Shown one piece after another: positions 38,681-48,261 of a stretch of 64,000 bases of DNA. Source of the stretch: Bacillales bacterium UBA5026 (GTDB taxonomy: Bacteria; Bacillota_I; Bacilli_A; RF39; UBA660); contig DICM01000019.1 of assembly GCA_002416285.1 (NCBI GenBank), positions 1,632 through 65,631 on the forward strand. The letters run 5' to 3'. The notes beneath the pieces were generated by a model. The model saw only the letters and a list, made by a program, of their open reading frames with translations. It searched no databases and was not told the origin of the DNA. Every line of letters begins with the position of its first letter. Positions within the stretch are counted from its first letter, which is position 1. Both the position numbers and the translations under genes were made by a program.

Positions 38681-39849
38681 GTGAAAGAGCGAGATGGTCA
38701 TAAAGATTTAATTGAATTTGGAGATAGATACAAAACTAGAATTGAATCTTTTCTATCATCTAATCCAGAAACAAGAGTAATTTTTCTAAATGCTGATTAT
38801 GGATGGGGAAAACAACTTTTATAAAGGAAGTTTTGAACATTCAAGAAAATAATAGGTATTCTCCATGGATGAATGAAACAGATAATTATATTGAAGAGTT
38901 ATATTTTCATGTTATGAAAAAAGATAAAAGTAAGATAAGCTCAACTATTATCTTGTTAACTGTTGTATTTGCTATATTAGGTACTTCCTTTGGGACGATA
39001 ATATCAATATTGTTAGATTTATTACAAACTAATAATTATACTTGCATCATTGCTGAAAATATGCAGTTATTATGTAATAATAATGGTGATTCTAGTATCT
39101 TGATCCTTTTAACTGCGGTTTCAGCAGTAATAATAATAATAATAATAATAATATTTATTTTAGGGTGTGTAATAAAACGGAGTCCAGTTCCATTTATTAA
39201 TTTGTATAAATGTGAACACGGAAAATATTATGAAAATAAACTCATAGAAAAAATCGTTGATAAAATCGATATTGCGCTTGTTATTGAAGATGTAGATAGA
39301 ATAGATGATATAGAATCATTACTTTTAGCTGTTAATAAGATATCTGAATATATTGAGCAAGCTGATCGGAAAAAATATATATTAATAACTGGTGATTACA
39401 ATTGAACAATAAGAAGAATTCATCAAAAGGATAACTTTGATAATAAAAGCATTTATTTAAATACTACCGAAAAAGGACCATATGTAATTGAAAAAATAAT
39501 ATCATTAAAAATTGATTTTGCTTCAATTAAAGATCGTGTCTATAATTTGTTAAACGAAAAAGAAATAAAAAATAATCTTTGTAATATTGAAAACGATGAA
39601 ATAATTAACTTTATTAGAACAAAATATTTAAGTTTAAGATTTTTTAATCATTTTTTAACTGATTATAAAAAGAGTATAGAATCAGGAGAAAGTGTTTTTC
39701 ATTTGTTATTAAAATATTATCAACAAGAAAAATTTTATAATATTGATCCATCAACTATTGAAGATTCTGTCTTTAATATATCACGTTTTCCTAATTGTTT
39801 AAATGATTGGGAGCTCCTACTACAAAAGAAAAAAGTAAATGTAAGTTAA
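38681..39849 (+). pseudogene. KAP-family P-loop NTPase gene disrupted by one frameshift and one in-frame TGA
   Basis: Fragment 38681..38824 ends ...FLNADYGWGKQLL*. ORF 38803..39405 starts MGKTTFIKEV. One extra base in the G4A4 run (38805-38812) would restore GWGKTTF (Walker A). Two TM helices are inserted after the P-loop, and LVIEDVDRIDD serves as Walker B, as in KAP NTPases. ORF 39547..39849 is in the same frame, and only TGA 39403-39405 interrupts it. Confidence 0.55.
39130..39153 (+). repeat. (ATA)8 trinucleotide microsatellite encoding Ile8 inside a TM helix
   Basis: Read directly: eight consecutive ATA codons. Confidence 0.9.
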
Positions 39850-39894
39850 ATTTGAAAGTGCAAAATTGTTGTGCAGGTAGTTTTGTAATTTTAT

Positions 39895-39942
39895 TAATTG
39901 TCAATGGCGAGCTTGCGAGTTCATTTATACCATTGACAATTA
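39895..39942. repeat. 13-bp perfect inverted repeat TAATTGTCAATGG / CCATTGACAATTA separated by 22 nt, in non-coding DNA
   Basis: Arms at 39895-39907 and 39930-39942, read directly. Confidence 0.85.
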
Positions 39943-39963
39943 GTTCATAGTTGTAATTATCTT

Positions 39964-39996
39964 AGCATTAAGTCAATGAAAATTTGACTTAATGCT
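39964..39996. other. 13-bp stem hairpin AGCATTAAGTCAA-TGAAAAT-TTGACTTAATGCT (no clear T-run)
   Basis: Perfect complementary arms at 39964-39976 and 39984-39996. Confidence 0.7.
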
Positions 39997-40158
39997 TATT
40001 TACTATATAATATACTTTGGTTTAAATGATAAATACAGGATGTGTAGTTACTTTTTGAAATTGCTTCTGCTGTATCTTTTAGTCGTGATTATATATTAAA
40101 ATGATAGACTTTTTTTGTTTTATTTTCTACCATTTTCAATGTTCTACTATGATTTTTT

Positions 40159-40935
40159 GTGCACTTTTTATTGAAACTACACTTTCTTTATTATTTCGTA
40201 CTCAATTGTGCACTTTACTTAGAATTCAACGAGAAAAAAGTAAAAATTAACAATGTAATTTATTCTATTGAAAAATTGAAAAAAAACTTTGAAAACAGTA
40301 AAGAGGAAAGTAAAAATGATATATTGAATAATAAATTTTTACAAACTATGTTTATTTATAATGAGGAACTAAAAGAAATATTTCAAGAGTATTTCAGCAC
40401 TAACAAATATCCTAGATTGAAAAAAGATCGCTTTACTAGTAATAACTATGATAATATCTATATGATTGGTAATAGTTTAAAACCTGATGGTATAAAAACA
40501 AATTTAGAAAAGTTTTTAGTAGGTGATAGCAACAATGAAGTATTGGCTGAGGGGTATCTTTTGAATAAAAGATGTTATTTTCAAAGTTTGACTTCTTCGA
40601 ATAATTATGAAAATTATAAATATAACAATGTAAAACATGATGATACAAATGAAATTGCAAGCAATAATTTTTATACAGCATACTTTGCTTGTTTTTTTAG
40701 AGATAATATAAAGGAAATTAAAAGAAATTATCCTAAAATATACTCGCAGATTTTTAAAATATTAGATATGAAAAAACAAAATAGCATCACCAGTGCTATT
40801 TTTTTTCATCAATTAATATTTTATCTACAATACCATATTTTAAAGCCTCTTCAGCATCAAGAAAGTAATCTCGCTCTGTATCTTGTTCTACAATTTTCAA
40901 ATCTTTTCCAGTTGTTTTTGCTAAAATTTTATTAA
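40159..40935 (+). CDS. doubtful ORF / gene remnant
   Basis: GTG start without a convincing RBS. The last ~50 codons run through the bidirectional terminator and antisense into clpP. At most the part up to about 40780 is likely meaningful. Confidence 0.2.
   Translation: MHFLLKLHFLYYFVLNCALYLEFNEKKVKINNVIYSIEKLKKNFENSKEESKNDILNNKFLQTMFIYNEELKEIFQEYFSTNKYPRLKKDRFTSNNYDNIYMIGNSLKPDGIKTNLEKFLVGDSNNEVLAEGYLLNKRCYFQSLTSSNNYENYKYNNVKHDDTNEIASNNFYTAYFACFFRDNIKEIKRNYPKIYSQIFKILDMKKQNSITSAIFFHQLIFYLQYHILKPLQHQESNLALYLVLQFSNLFQLFLLKFY
40778..40808. terminator. bidirectional terminator at the clpP 3' end
   Basis: AAAATAGCA-N7-TGCTATTTT with T8 on the plus strand and TTTGTTTTTT on the minus strand. Confidence 0.5.
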
Positions 40936-41380
40936 TTTTATCTTTAATTTTTAAAATATGTTCAGCAGCAATTTTAATTTCTGTTGCTTGACCTTGGGCT
41001 CCACCTAAAGGTTGATGAATCATAACTTCACTATTTGGTAGACAGCAACGCTTTCCTTTCGCTCCACAAGTAAGTAGGAACGCTCCCATACTCGCTGCCA
41101 TACCTAGGCAAATGGTCGACACATCACTTTTAATAAAATTCATCGTATCTAAAATCGCCATTCCGGCAGTAACACTACCTCCTGGAGAATTAATATAAAG
41201 ACTAATATCATCATGATTCAGTGAATCCAAATATAATAATTGGGCTACAATCGTATTTGAATTAATATCATCAATTTCTCCACATAAAATAATAATACGA
41301 TCCTTTAATAATCTAGAATAAATATCATATGCTCGCTCTCCACCACTACTTTTTTCAATAACTGTTGGAACTAAACTCAC
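40796..41380 (-). CDS. clpP: ATP-dependent Clp protease proteolytic subunit
   Basis: VPTVIE...[39 protein letters not shown] (Ser), MIHQPLGG (His). Confidence 0.95.
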   Translation of the reverse strand: MSLVPTVIEKSSGGERAYDIYSRLLKDRIIILCGEIDDINSNTIVAQLLYLDSLNHDDISLYINSPGGSVTAGMAILDTMNFIKSDVSTICLGMAASMGAFLLTCGAKGKRCCLPNSEVMIHQPLGGAQGQATEIKIAAEHILKIKDKINKILAKTTGKDLKIVEQDTERDYFLDAEEALKYGIVDKILIDEKK

Positions 41381-41497
41381 AGAATCACCCTTTCTAGAAT
41401 TATCATAGCCGTAAAGGATTCAAAATATTCAAGAAATGTTGTGACAAAATGTTCATTTTTTGGTAAAATGAGAATAGTAAAAGAATAGAGGGATAAA

Positions 41498-43156
41498 ATG
41501 GCAAAGAAAATAAAAATTAATTTTAGAGAGAAGATATACGAATTTGAATCAGGAACACCACTTGTTGAAATTGGAAAAGTATGTCAAATGTATTTTAACT
41601 ATCCAATTTTAGTAGGTAAAGTTGATAATAATATTACTGCCTTAAATGAACCTATCACGAGAAGTGCAACGGTTGAATTCTATGATCGAAGTGATGGAAC
41701 TGGAAATAGTATTTACGGTCGAACTGCACAATTTATTTTAATTGTGGCAGTTAAAAAATTATTAGGTGAAGAAGCAGAGGTAATTATTGAACACTCTATT
41801 GATAAAGGATTTTACTGTGAAATTGAAGGTGTACAAATTGATAAACCAGTTGTACAAAAATTAGAACAAAAAATGAAAGAGATCTCCAAACAGGACTATA
41901 TTATTAACAAATTAGGAGTATCTCGTTTTGACGCAATTAAATATTTCACAAAGAAAAAACAAAAAGATAAAGTGAATGTATTAAAATATATCAGTAATAC
42001 TTATGTTAACCTTTATCGTATTGATGATATTTATGATTATTTCTATGGTGAACTTGCATATTCAACTGGTCAAATTGATGATTTTAAATTAACTTATATC
42101 AAAGATAATGGATTTGTATTAAGTTATCCTAGTAGTTATAATCCTGAAATGACCTTAGATTATGTTCATCATAGTATGTTGTTTCAAGCCTTTTTGGATT
42201 ATACAAAATGGGGTAAAGTTTTAAAAATTGAAAATGCAGCAGATTTAAATGGTGTCATTGCTACAGGACGATCTGATGAATTAGTTCGCTTATCTGAGAC
42301 ATACTATAATCAACAGCTAGCAGCGATTGCAGAAAAAATATACAATCAAAAAGATACTGTTAAATTAGTACTAATTGCTGGACCTTCCTCATCTGGAAAA
42401 ACCACCTCAGCAAAAAAATTACAAATTTATCTACAAAGTAAAGGAATTAATGTTCATCAAATTTCCATTGATGACTATTTCTTAGATCGAGCTAAAACGC
42501 CACGTTTAGAAAATGGTGAATTAGACACAGAATCACTTAATTCTCTTGATTTAACCTTATTTAATAAACATTTAACAGAATTATTAGAGGGAAATACAGT
42601 AGAACTACCTGAATATAATTTTGTACTAGGAAAAAGAGAATATAAAGGGAAAAAATTAAAAATTGGATCAAACGATATGATTGTAATAGAAGGATTACAC
42701 GGATTAAATGATGATCTTACAATTTCTGTTGAAAGAAAAAATAAGTTTAAAATATATATTAGTCCATTAACACAACTAAATATTGATAATCACAACCGTA
42801 TTCATACAAGTGATACAAGAAAATTAAGAAGAATTGTTCGCGATAATAAATATCGCGGTTACAATGCTGCTCAAACCTTAAATATGTGGAAACAGATTCG
42901 TGAAGGCGAAGAAAAATATATTTTCCCATTCCAAGATGACGCAGACGCTTTAATTAATTCATCGTTGATTTATGAACTTTCTGTATTAAAAACATATGCG
43001 GAGCCACTATTATTTGCTGTTGATGAAGATGATTCAATGTATCCAGAGGCTTTGCGTTTAATTAATTTCTTAAGAAATTTCTTACCGATGCCAAGCGAGG
43101 ATGTTCCACATGATTCGGTACTTCGAGAATTTATCGGAGGAAGTTGTTTCAAATAG
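41498..43156 (+). CDS. uridine kinase-family nucleoside kinase with N-terminal TGS-like extension
   Basis: 552 aa. P-loop AGPSSSGKTTSAKKL in the C-terminal half. Architecture seen in clostridial Udk-like proteins. Confidence 0.7.
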   Translation: MAKKIKINFREKIYEFESGTPLVEIGKVCQMYFNYPILVGKVDNNITALNEPITRSATVEFYDRSDGTGNSIYGRTAQFILIVAVKKLLGEEAEVIIEHSIDKGFYCEIEGVQIDKPVVQKLEQKMKEISKQDYIINKLGVSRFDAIKYFTKKKQKDKVNVLKYISNTYVNLYRIDDIYDYFYGELAYSTGQIDDFKLTYIKDNGFVLSYPSSYNPEMTLDYVHHSMLFQAFLDYTKWGKVLKIENAADLNGVIATGRSDELVRLSETYYNQQLAAIAEKIYNQKDTVKLVLIAGPSSSGKTTSAKKLQIYLQSKGINVHQISIDDYFLDRAKTPRLENGELDTESLNSLDLTLFNKHLTELLEGNTVELPEYNFVLGKREYKGKKLKIGSNDMIVIEGLHGLNDDLTISVERKNKFKIYISPLTQLNIDNHNRIHTSDTRKLRRIVRDNKYRGYNAAQTLNMWKQIREGEEKYIFPFQDDADALINSSLIYELSVLKTYAEPLLFAVDEDDSMYPEALRLINFLRNFLPMPSEDVPHDSVLREFIGGSCFK

Positions 43157-43172
43157 AAAAGGAGAAATAAAT

Positions 43173-44198
43173 ATGAGAAGAATAGCAATAAATGGATTTG
43201 GCCGTATTGGGCGTTTAGTTTTTCGTTTAATTGAACAATTACCTGATATGGAAGTAGTAGCAATCAATGACTTGACAGATGCAGAACAACTAGCTTATCT
43301 ATTAAAATATGATACATCACATCGGACTTATCGCACTTCTGAAATTCGTGCCGAGGGAGATGAGATTATTGTTGGAGATCATCGTGTGAAAGTATATGCT
43401 GAGATGGATCCTAAAAACTTACCATGGAATGAATTAACAATCGATGAGGTAATGGAATGTACTGGTCATTTTACAGACAAAGATAAAGCCATGGCACATA
43501 TCGAAGCTGGTGCCAAACACGTTATTATTTCAGCACCCGCTAAAGGAGATTTAAAAACAATTGTCTATAATGTTAATGAAAAAATATTAGATGGATCAGA
43601 ACAAGTCATCAGTGCCGCTAGTTGTACTACGAACTGTCTTGCTCCAGTATTAGATCTTTTAAATAAAGAATTTGGTGTAAAATCAGGATATATGACTACA
43701 ATACACGCCTATACAGGAGATCAAGCAGTACTTGATGTTGCCCATAAAAAAGGTATTTATACAAGAAGAGGAAGAGCAGCTGCCGCCAATATTGTTCCAA
43801 CCTCAACTGGTGCTGCAAGTGCAATCGGTGCTGTAATTCCTGAACTAAAAGGAAAAATGGACGGGAATGCTGTACGTGTTCCAACAACAACTGGATCAAT
43901 GATTGATTTGACACTTCGCTTAGATAAAAATACGACCGTTGAAGAAATCAACCAACTGTTTAAAGAAAATCAAAATGAAACAATTAAATATACAGAAGAT
44001 CCAATTGTATCAAGTGATATTATCGGGTCTCATGTTGGTGCTTTAGTTGATGGCTTACTTACTGATATTTTAGAAGTAGATGGCGAGCAATTAGTTAAAA
44101 TAGTTGCTTGGTATGATAACGAAATGGGGTATAGTACCCAAATGGTAAGAACAGCAGCTTATTTTGCTCACTTAGATGCGACTGAAACCAATGAATGA
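43173..44198 (+). CDS. gap: glyceraldehyde-3-phosphate dehydrogenase
   Basis: INGFGRIGR, SCTTNCLAP, WYDNEMGYS. ATG 43173 after AAGGAGAAA. Listed start 43101 is rejected. Confidence 0.95.
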   Translation: MRRIAINGFGRIGRLVFRLIEQLPDMEVVAINDLTDAEQLAYLLKYDTSHRTYRTSEIRAEGDEIIVGDHRVKVYAEMDPKNLPWNELTIDEVMECTGHFTDKDKAMAHIEAGAKHVIISAPAKGDLKTIVYNVNEKILDGSEQVISAASCTTNCLAPVLDLLNKEFGVKSGYMTTIHAYTGDQAVLDVAHKKGIYTRRGRAAAANIVPTSTGAASAIGAVIPELKGKMDGNAVRVPTTTGSMIDLTLRLDKNTTVEEINQLFKENQNETIKYTEDPIVSSDIIGSHVGALVDGLLTDILEVDGEQLVKIVAWYDNEMGYSTQMVRTAAYFAHLDATETNE

Positions 44199-44202
44199 TA
44201 GG

Positions 44203-44238
44203 AAAAAGAGTTGAAAAACAAATAAAAACTCTTTTTTT
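44203..44238 (+). terminator. rho-independent terminator after gap
   Basis: 10-bp stem AAAAAGAGTT / AACTCTTTTT followed by T residues. Confidence 0.6.
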
Positions 44239-44321
44239 ATTTGTTTCAATTTTCTTTTTTATAATAACCTTGAAAAACGATAAGAAAAATTATACAATAG
44301 TAACAGAGAATAGGTGAAAAT

Positions 44322-46016
44322 ATGAAAGAAATAAAAAGGGAAAATGCTTTTACTTTAGTTGAACTACTAGGTGTTTTTACATTGATTGGAGTAATATTAC
44401 TAGTTGTTGTTCCAAATGTAACACAGTTACTAACAAAATCAAAAGGTCAGGATTACGAACGCTTTTTGAATGATATCTATTTGGCAACGGAAGCATATAT
44501 TCAAGGAAAGGGAAAAGAGTACTCAACTCTTGATACCGTGAGTGGAAAAGCTTTTGTACAAGTAAGAGAACTAGTTGATAACGGTTACTTAACAAGTACT
44601 AAAGTAAATCCTCAAACTAATCAAAAAATAAATTTGGATGCTACAGTAGTCGCGTTAAAAACGCCATCAGGAAATATTACATATGATTTTGTAAATTCAG
44701 ATATTACTATTAATGCATATAAAAAAACAGGTTTATTATTAAGTTATAGTATTGATTCAAAACCAACTACAATCTGGAAAGATCAAAGCGGAAGTGAACT
44801 CGGAAATGATGGTCAATTAATGGGATTTACTGCAAATAATGGATTTCAAGGGAACTCTGTTTATTTAGATGGAACAAACTATATTTTATCGAATGTCATT
44901 AATCCTGTTCAAGTGACTCTAAGTACCTATATAATGGTTCCAGAATTTAGTTCTGCAGAGCAAGTTTTAATGTCAAATTATGAAGGTGGAGGATATGGCT
45001 TTGTAGTAGATCAAAGTGGAAATCGTAAAATAGCTTTTCAAATCAATGTCAATGGAACTTACTATCAAATTAATTCTACAAAAAACTATGAGACAAATCG
45101 CTATTATCAACTAGTTGGTACTTACGATGGAACTACTATGAAATTTTATCTTGATGGAGTATTGCAAGGAACTAAAACAGTCGCTGGAAATATTACAGCA
45201 CCACAGAACTCTACTCATTTTATGGTGGGAGGAAATCCCAATGGAACCGTAGCCACTACAAAAACGAAATCTTATGTAAGTTCTGTTAAAATTTACAATC
45301 ATGCTTTAACAGAACAAGAAATAATGAACGATTATCAATTAGATAAAGCACGTTATAGTAGTCAACAGGAAAACTATGTAGAAGGATTACTTGCCCAATA
45401 TGATAGTTATAGTAAACCTATGAATAATGTTTGGAACGATTTGACTGGAAACGGGAAACATGCAACCATGAGCGGTTTTAATAACACTGTATCCAGTGGT
45501 TGGAATCAATTTAAATTAACATTAGATGGAATCGATGATTATATACAGACACCTAATGTTTTAACAACTAATAAAAATTATACTATTCAAATTGTATTTC
45601 AAACAGAGACGACGGCTGCTTGGGCTGACATTATGACATTTAATAGTGGAAACGTCTCAAATGATATGAATGGTCGTATCGAAATAGTTGCAGATTTGAA
45701 AAAGTATTATTGGTATGGTCCTGGCCCTATTCCTACTGGAACATCTATATTTGAAATGAATAATAAAATTCCGGCAACCATAACAATGTCAGTTGGAAAT
45801 GAAAAAACGATAGTTTATGTAGATAATGAGGTTACATATCAAGGAGCTACACAAGAATATAATAATGGGCAGTATGCATCGATTAATTTTGGTAAGCGAA
45901 TTGAAGGTGGCAATATGAACTGTACTATTTATGCGATTCGTATCTATAACAAAGCCCTAACAAAAGAAGAAATAATGAAAAATCATCAATTGGATCATTT
46001 CCGTTTTGGAATCTAA
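44322..46016 (+). CDS. prepilin-signal protein carrying two LamG (concanavalin A-like lectin) domains
   Basis: N-terminus MKEIKRENAFTLVELLGVFTLIGVILLVVVP (class III signal with Glu5). Two LamG_3-like units end in VKIYNHALTEQEIMNDYQLD and IRIYNKALTKEEIMKNHQLD. Own promoter TTGAAA...TATACAAT upstream. Confidence 0.7.
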   Translation: MKEIKRENAFTLVELLGVFTLIGVILLVVVPNVTQLLTKSKGQDYERFLNDIYLATEAYIQGKGKEYSTLDTVSGKAFVQVRELVDNGYLTSTKVNPQTNQKINLDATVVALKTPSGNITYDFVNSDITINAYKKTGLLLSYSIDSKPTTIWKDQSGSELGNDGQLMGFTANNGFQGNSVYLDGTNYILSNVINPVQVTLSTYIMVPEFSSAEQVLMSNYEGGGYGFVVDQSGNRKIAFQINVNGTYYQINSTKNYETNRYYQLVGTYDGTTMKFYLDGVLQGTKTVAGNITAPQNSTHFMVGGNPNGTVATTKTKSYVSSVKIYNHALTEQEIMNDYQLDKARYSSQQENYVEGLLAQYDSYSKPMNNVWNDLTGNGKHATMSGFNNTVSSGWNQFKLTLDGIDDYIQTPNVLTTNKNYTIQIVFQTETTAAWADIMTFNSGNVSNDMNGRIEIVADLKKYYWYGPGPIPTGTSIFEMNNKIPATITMSVGNEKTIVYVDNEVTYQGATQEYNNGQYASINFGKRIEGGNMNCTIYAIRIYNKALTKEEIMKNHQLDHFRFGI

Positions 46017-46072
46017 CAAAATTGTAATAAATATAAATGAAAAAATATGGTAAAATAAAAAAGGAGGGAACT

Positions 46073-47257
46073 ATGAAAAAAAGCATTCGCGATTTTGAAT
46101 TAAAAGGAAAAAAAGTAATTATTCGAGTTGATTTTAATGTTCCAATGGAAAATGGAATCATAACTGATGACAATCGAATCAGAGAAAGTTTAGAAACAAT
46201 CGAATATGCAGTAGATCATGGAGCGAAAGTTATTTTGCTATCGCATTTAGGAAGAATTAAAACTGAAGAAGATAAAAAAGGACATTCTTTAAAACCGATC
46301 GCTGATCGATTACAAGGTCTTATAACATCTAAAGTAATATTTGTTCCAGAGACACGAGGAGCATTGGTAGAAGAAAAAATTAATGAATTAAAATCAGGTG
46401 AAATATTATTATTAGAAAATACTAGATTTGAAGATGTAGTAGATTTAAAAGAATCGAATGATGATACGGAACTTGGTGTTTATTGGGCAAGCTTAGGTGA
46501 AATATTTATCAATGATGCTTTTGGAACTGCTCATAGAACTCATGCTTCCAATGTAGGAATTGCTCGCAATCTTCCAAGTGGAATTGGGTTTTTAATCGAA
46601 AAAGAATTAAAAGCTTTTGAACCTCTGCTAGAGAATCCGGAACATCCATTTACCATTATTCTAGGCGGAGCAAAAGTAAAAGATAAAATTGGTGTAATAT
46701 CTAATTTAGTAGAAAAAGCCGATCAAATTTTAATTGGTGGAGGAATGGCTTATACATTCTTAAAAGCTACAGGGATAGAAGTTGGATCATCTTTAGTGGA
46801 CGATTCGAGTTTAGACTTTTGTAAAAAGATACTGGAAGAATACGATCAAAAAATTATTCTTCCAATTGATTCTGTTAATGCTGATGAAATAAGTTCTAAT
46901 ACTATTCCTAATGAATGTTTTATTAGCGATATTAAACAAGGTGAGATGGGATTAGATATCGGACATAATACAGTCAAATTATTTGGACAGTATTTACGAG
47001 ATAGTAAAACGATATTATGGAATGGACCAGTCGGAGTTTTTGAATATGATAATTTTTCGAGTGGGACAGAAGGTATTTGTCAGATTTTAAATGATGTTGA
47101 CGCTAATATAATTATCGGTGGTGGGGACACTGTGGCAGCTGTTAAAAAGTTGGGTTATGAAAAGGCCATGAGCTTTTTATCAACTGGTGGCGGTGCAGCT
47201 TTAGAACTATTAGAAGGAAAAACATTGCCAGGAATTGCAGCAATAGATGACTTATGA
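46073..47257 (+). CDS. pgk: phosphoglycerate kinase
   Basis: KKVIIRVDFNVP, LSHLGR, GGGDTVAA. ATG 46073 after AAGGAGGGA. Confidence 0.95.
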   Translation: MKKSIRDFELKGKKVIIRVDFNVPMENGIITDDNRIRESLETIEYAVDHGAKVILLSHLGRIKTEEDKKGHSLKPIADRLQGLITSKVIFVPETRGALVEEKINELKSGEILLLENTRFEDVVDLKESNDDTELGVYWASLGEIFINDAFGTAHRTHASNVGIARNLPSGIGFLIEKELKAFEPLLENPEHPFTIILGGAKVKDKIGVISNLVEKADQILIGGGMAYTFLKATGIEVGSSLVDDSSLDFCKKILEEYDQKIILPIDSVNADEISSNTIPNECFISDIKQGEMGLDIGHNTVKLFGQYLRDSKTILWNGPVGVFEYDNFSSGTEGICQILNDVDANIIIGGGDTVAAVKKLGYEKAMSFLSTGGGAALELLEGKTLPGIAAIDDL

Positions 47258-48261
47258 AAATACAAAAACAACTAATTAATTTTATTGTTCTAGTTGTAAT
47301 TACCGTAGCTGTTCTTTATTTCTCTTTGAAGGATCATTTTAGAGAGATCATTCATGAAATTTTAAACTTAAATCCATTATGGTTTATATTAGCTATTTTC
47401 TTAGCTTTAGGTTATTGGCTGTTTAAATCAATTGAGTTTTGTATAGCTACCAGAAGATTCAAAAAAGAATTCACATTTCGGGAAGCAATCCGCATGACTT
47501 TATCCACTTCATTTTTTAATGCGATTACACCATTTGCTACTGGTGGACAACCCTTTCAAATCTATATGCTTAAAAAGTCGGGACTTAAACTTACGGATAG
47601 TACCAATGTCATTATTGAAAACTTTATTGTTTATCAAATTGCTCTGGTGCTATTAGGAAGCGTTGCAATTATATCTAATTTTTTCTGTCGTTTTTACAAA
47701 GAAGCTATTTTACTTAGAAATTTAGTAACACTTGGTTTTTTTATCAACACAGTTGTTGTGATAGGATTATTCCTAATTGCTTTTAATCCTAAGTTTAATC
47801 GGTGGGTTAGCAATACAGTGATTCATTTATTAGCTAAAATGCATTTTGTAAAAGATGAAAAGAAGAAAAAATCAGAATTTGAAGAATATATTTCACAATT
47901 TCATAAAGGTGCAAAATTATTACTGACAAACAAAAAGCAATTTGCCTTTGCCATTGGATTAAATTTAATAGCACTTACAGCGCAGTATTTAATCCCTGTA
48001 GTGCTACTATATAGCATGGGTGATTACACCAGTTTCGATGGCTTTTTATCAGTTACTACTAGTGCTTATGTAATGTTGATTGGATCATTTGTTCCCATAC
48101 CAGGAGGAACCGGAGGACTTGAATATGGCTTTCTAGCATTCTTCGGGAATTTTATTACAGGAAGTAAATTAAATGCAATTATGTTATTGTGGCGCGGACT
48201 TACTTATTATTTTGGATTAATTGTAGGTGGAATTGCATTTAATATGAAAGGAAAGAATTAA
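47254..48261 (+). CDS. flippase-like / LPG-synthase-TM (UPF0104) family membrane protein
   Basis: About 8 TM spans. VPIPGGTGGLEYGF motif. ATGA overlap with the pgk stop. Confidence 0.65.
   Translation: MKIQKQLINFIVLVVITVAVLYFSLKDHFREIIHEILNLNPLWFILAIFLALGYWLFKSIEFCIATRRFKKEFTFREAIRMTLSTSFFNAITPFATGGQPFQIYMLKKSGLKLTDSTNVIIENFIVYQIALVLLGSVAIISNFFCRFYKEAILLRNLVTLGFFINTVVVIGLFLIAFNPKFNRWVSNTVIHLLAKMHFVKDEKKKKSEFEEYISQFHKGAKLLLTNKKQFAFAIGLNLIALTAQYLIPVVLLYSMGDYTSFDGFLSVTTSAYVMLIGSFVPIPGGTGGLEYGFLAFFGNFITGSKLNAIMLLWRGLTYYFGLIVGGIAFNMKGKN

Noticed and set aside
39403-39405. Possibility that the in-frame TGA in the KAP-like gene is read as Trp (genetic code 4).
   Set aside because: TGA clearly terminates well-conserved genes in this window at their natural ends (pgk at 47255-47257, the gpmI fusion at 56005-56007, 6815..7228). 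Standard code 11 therefore applies.
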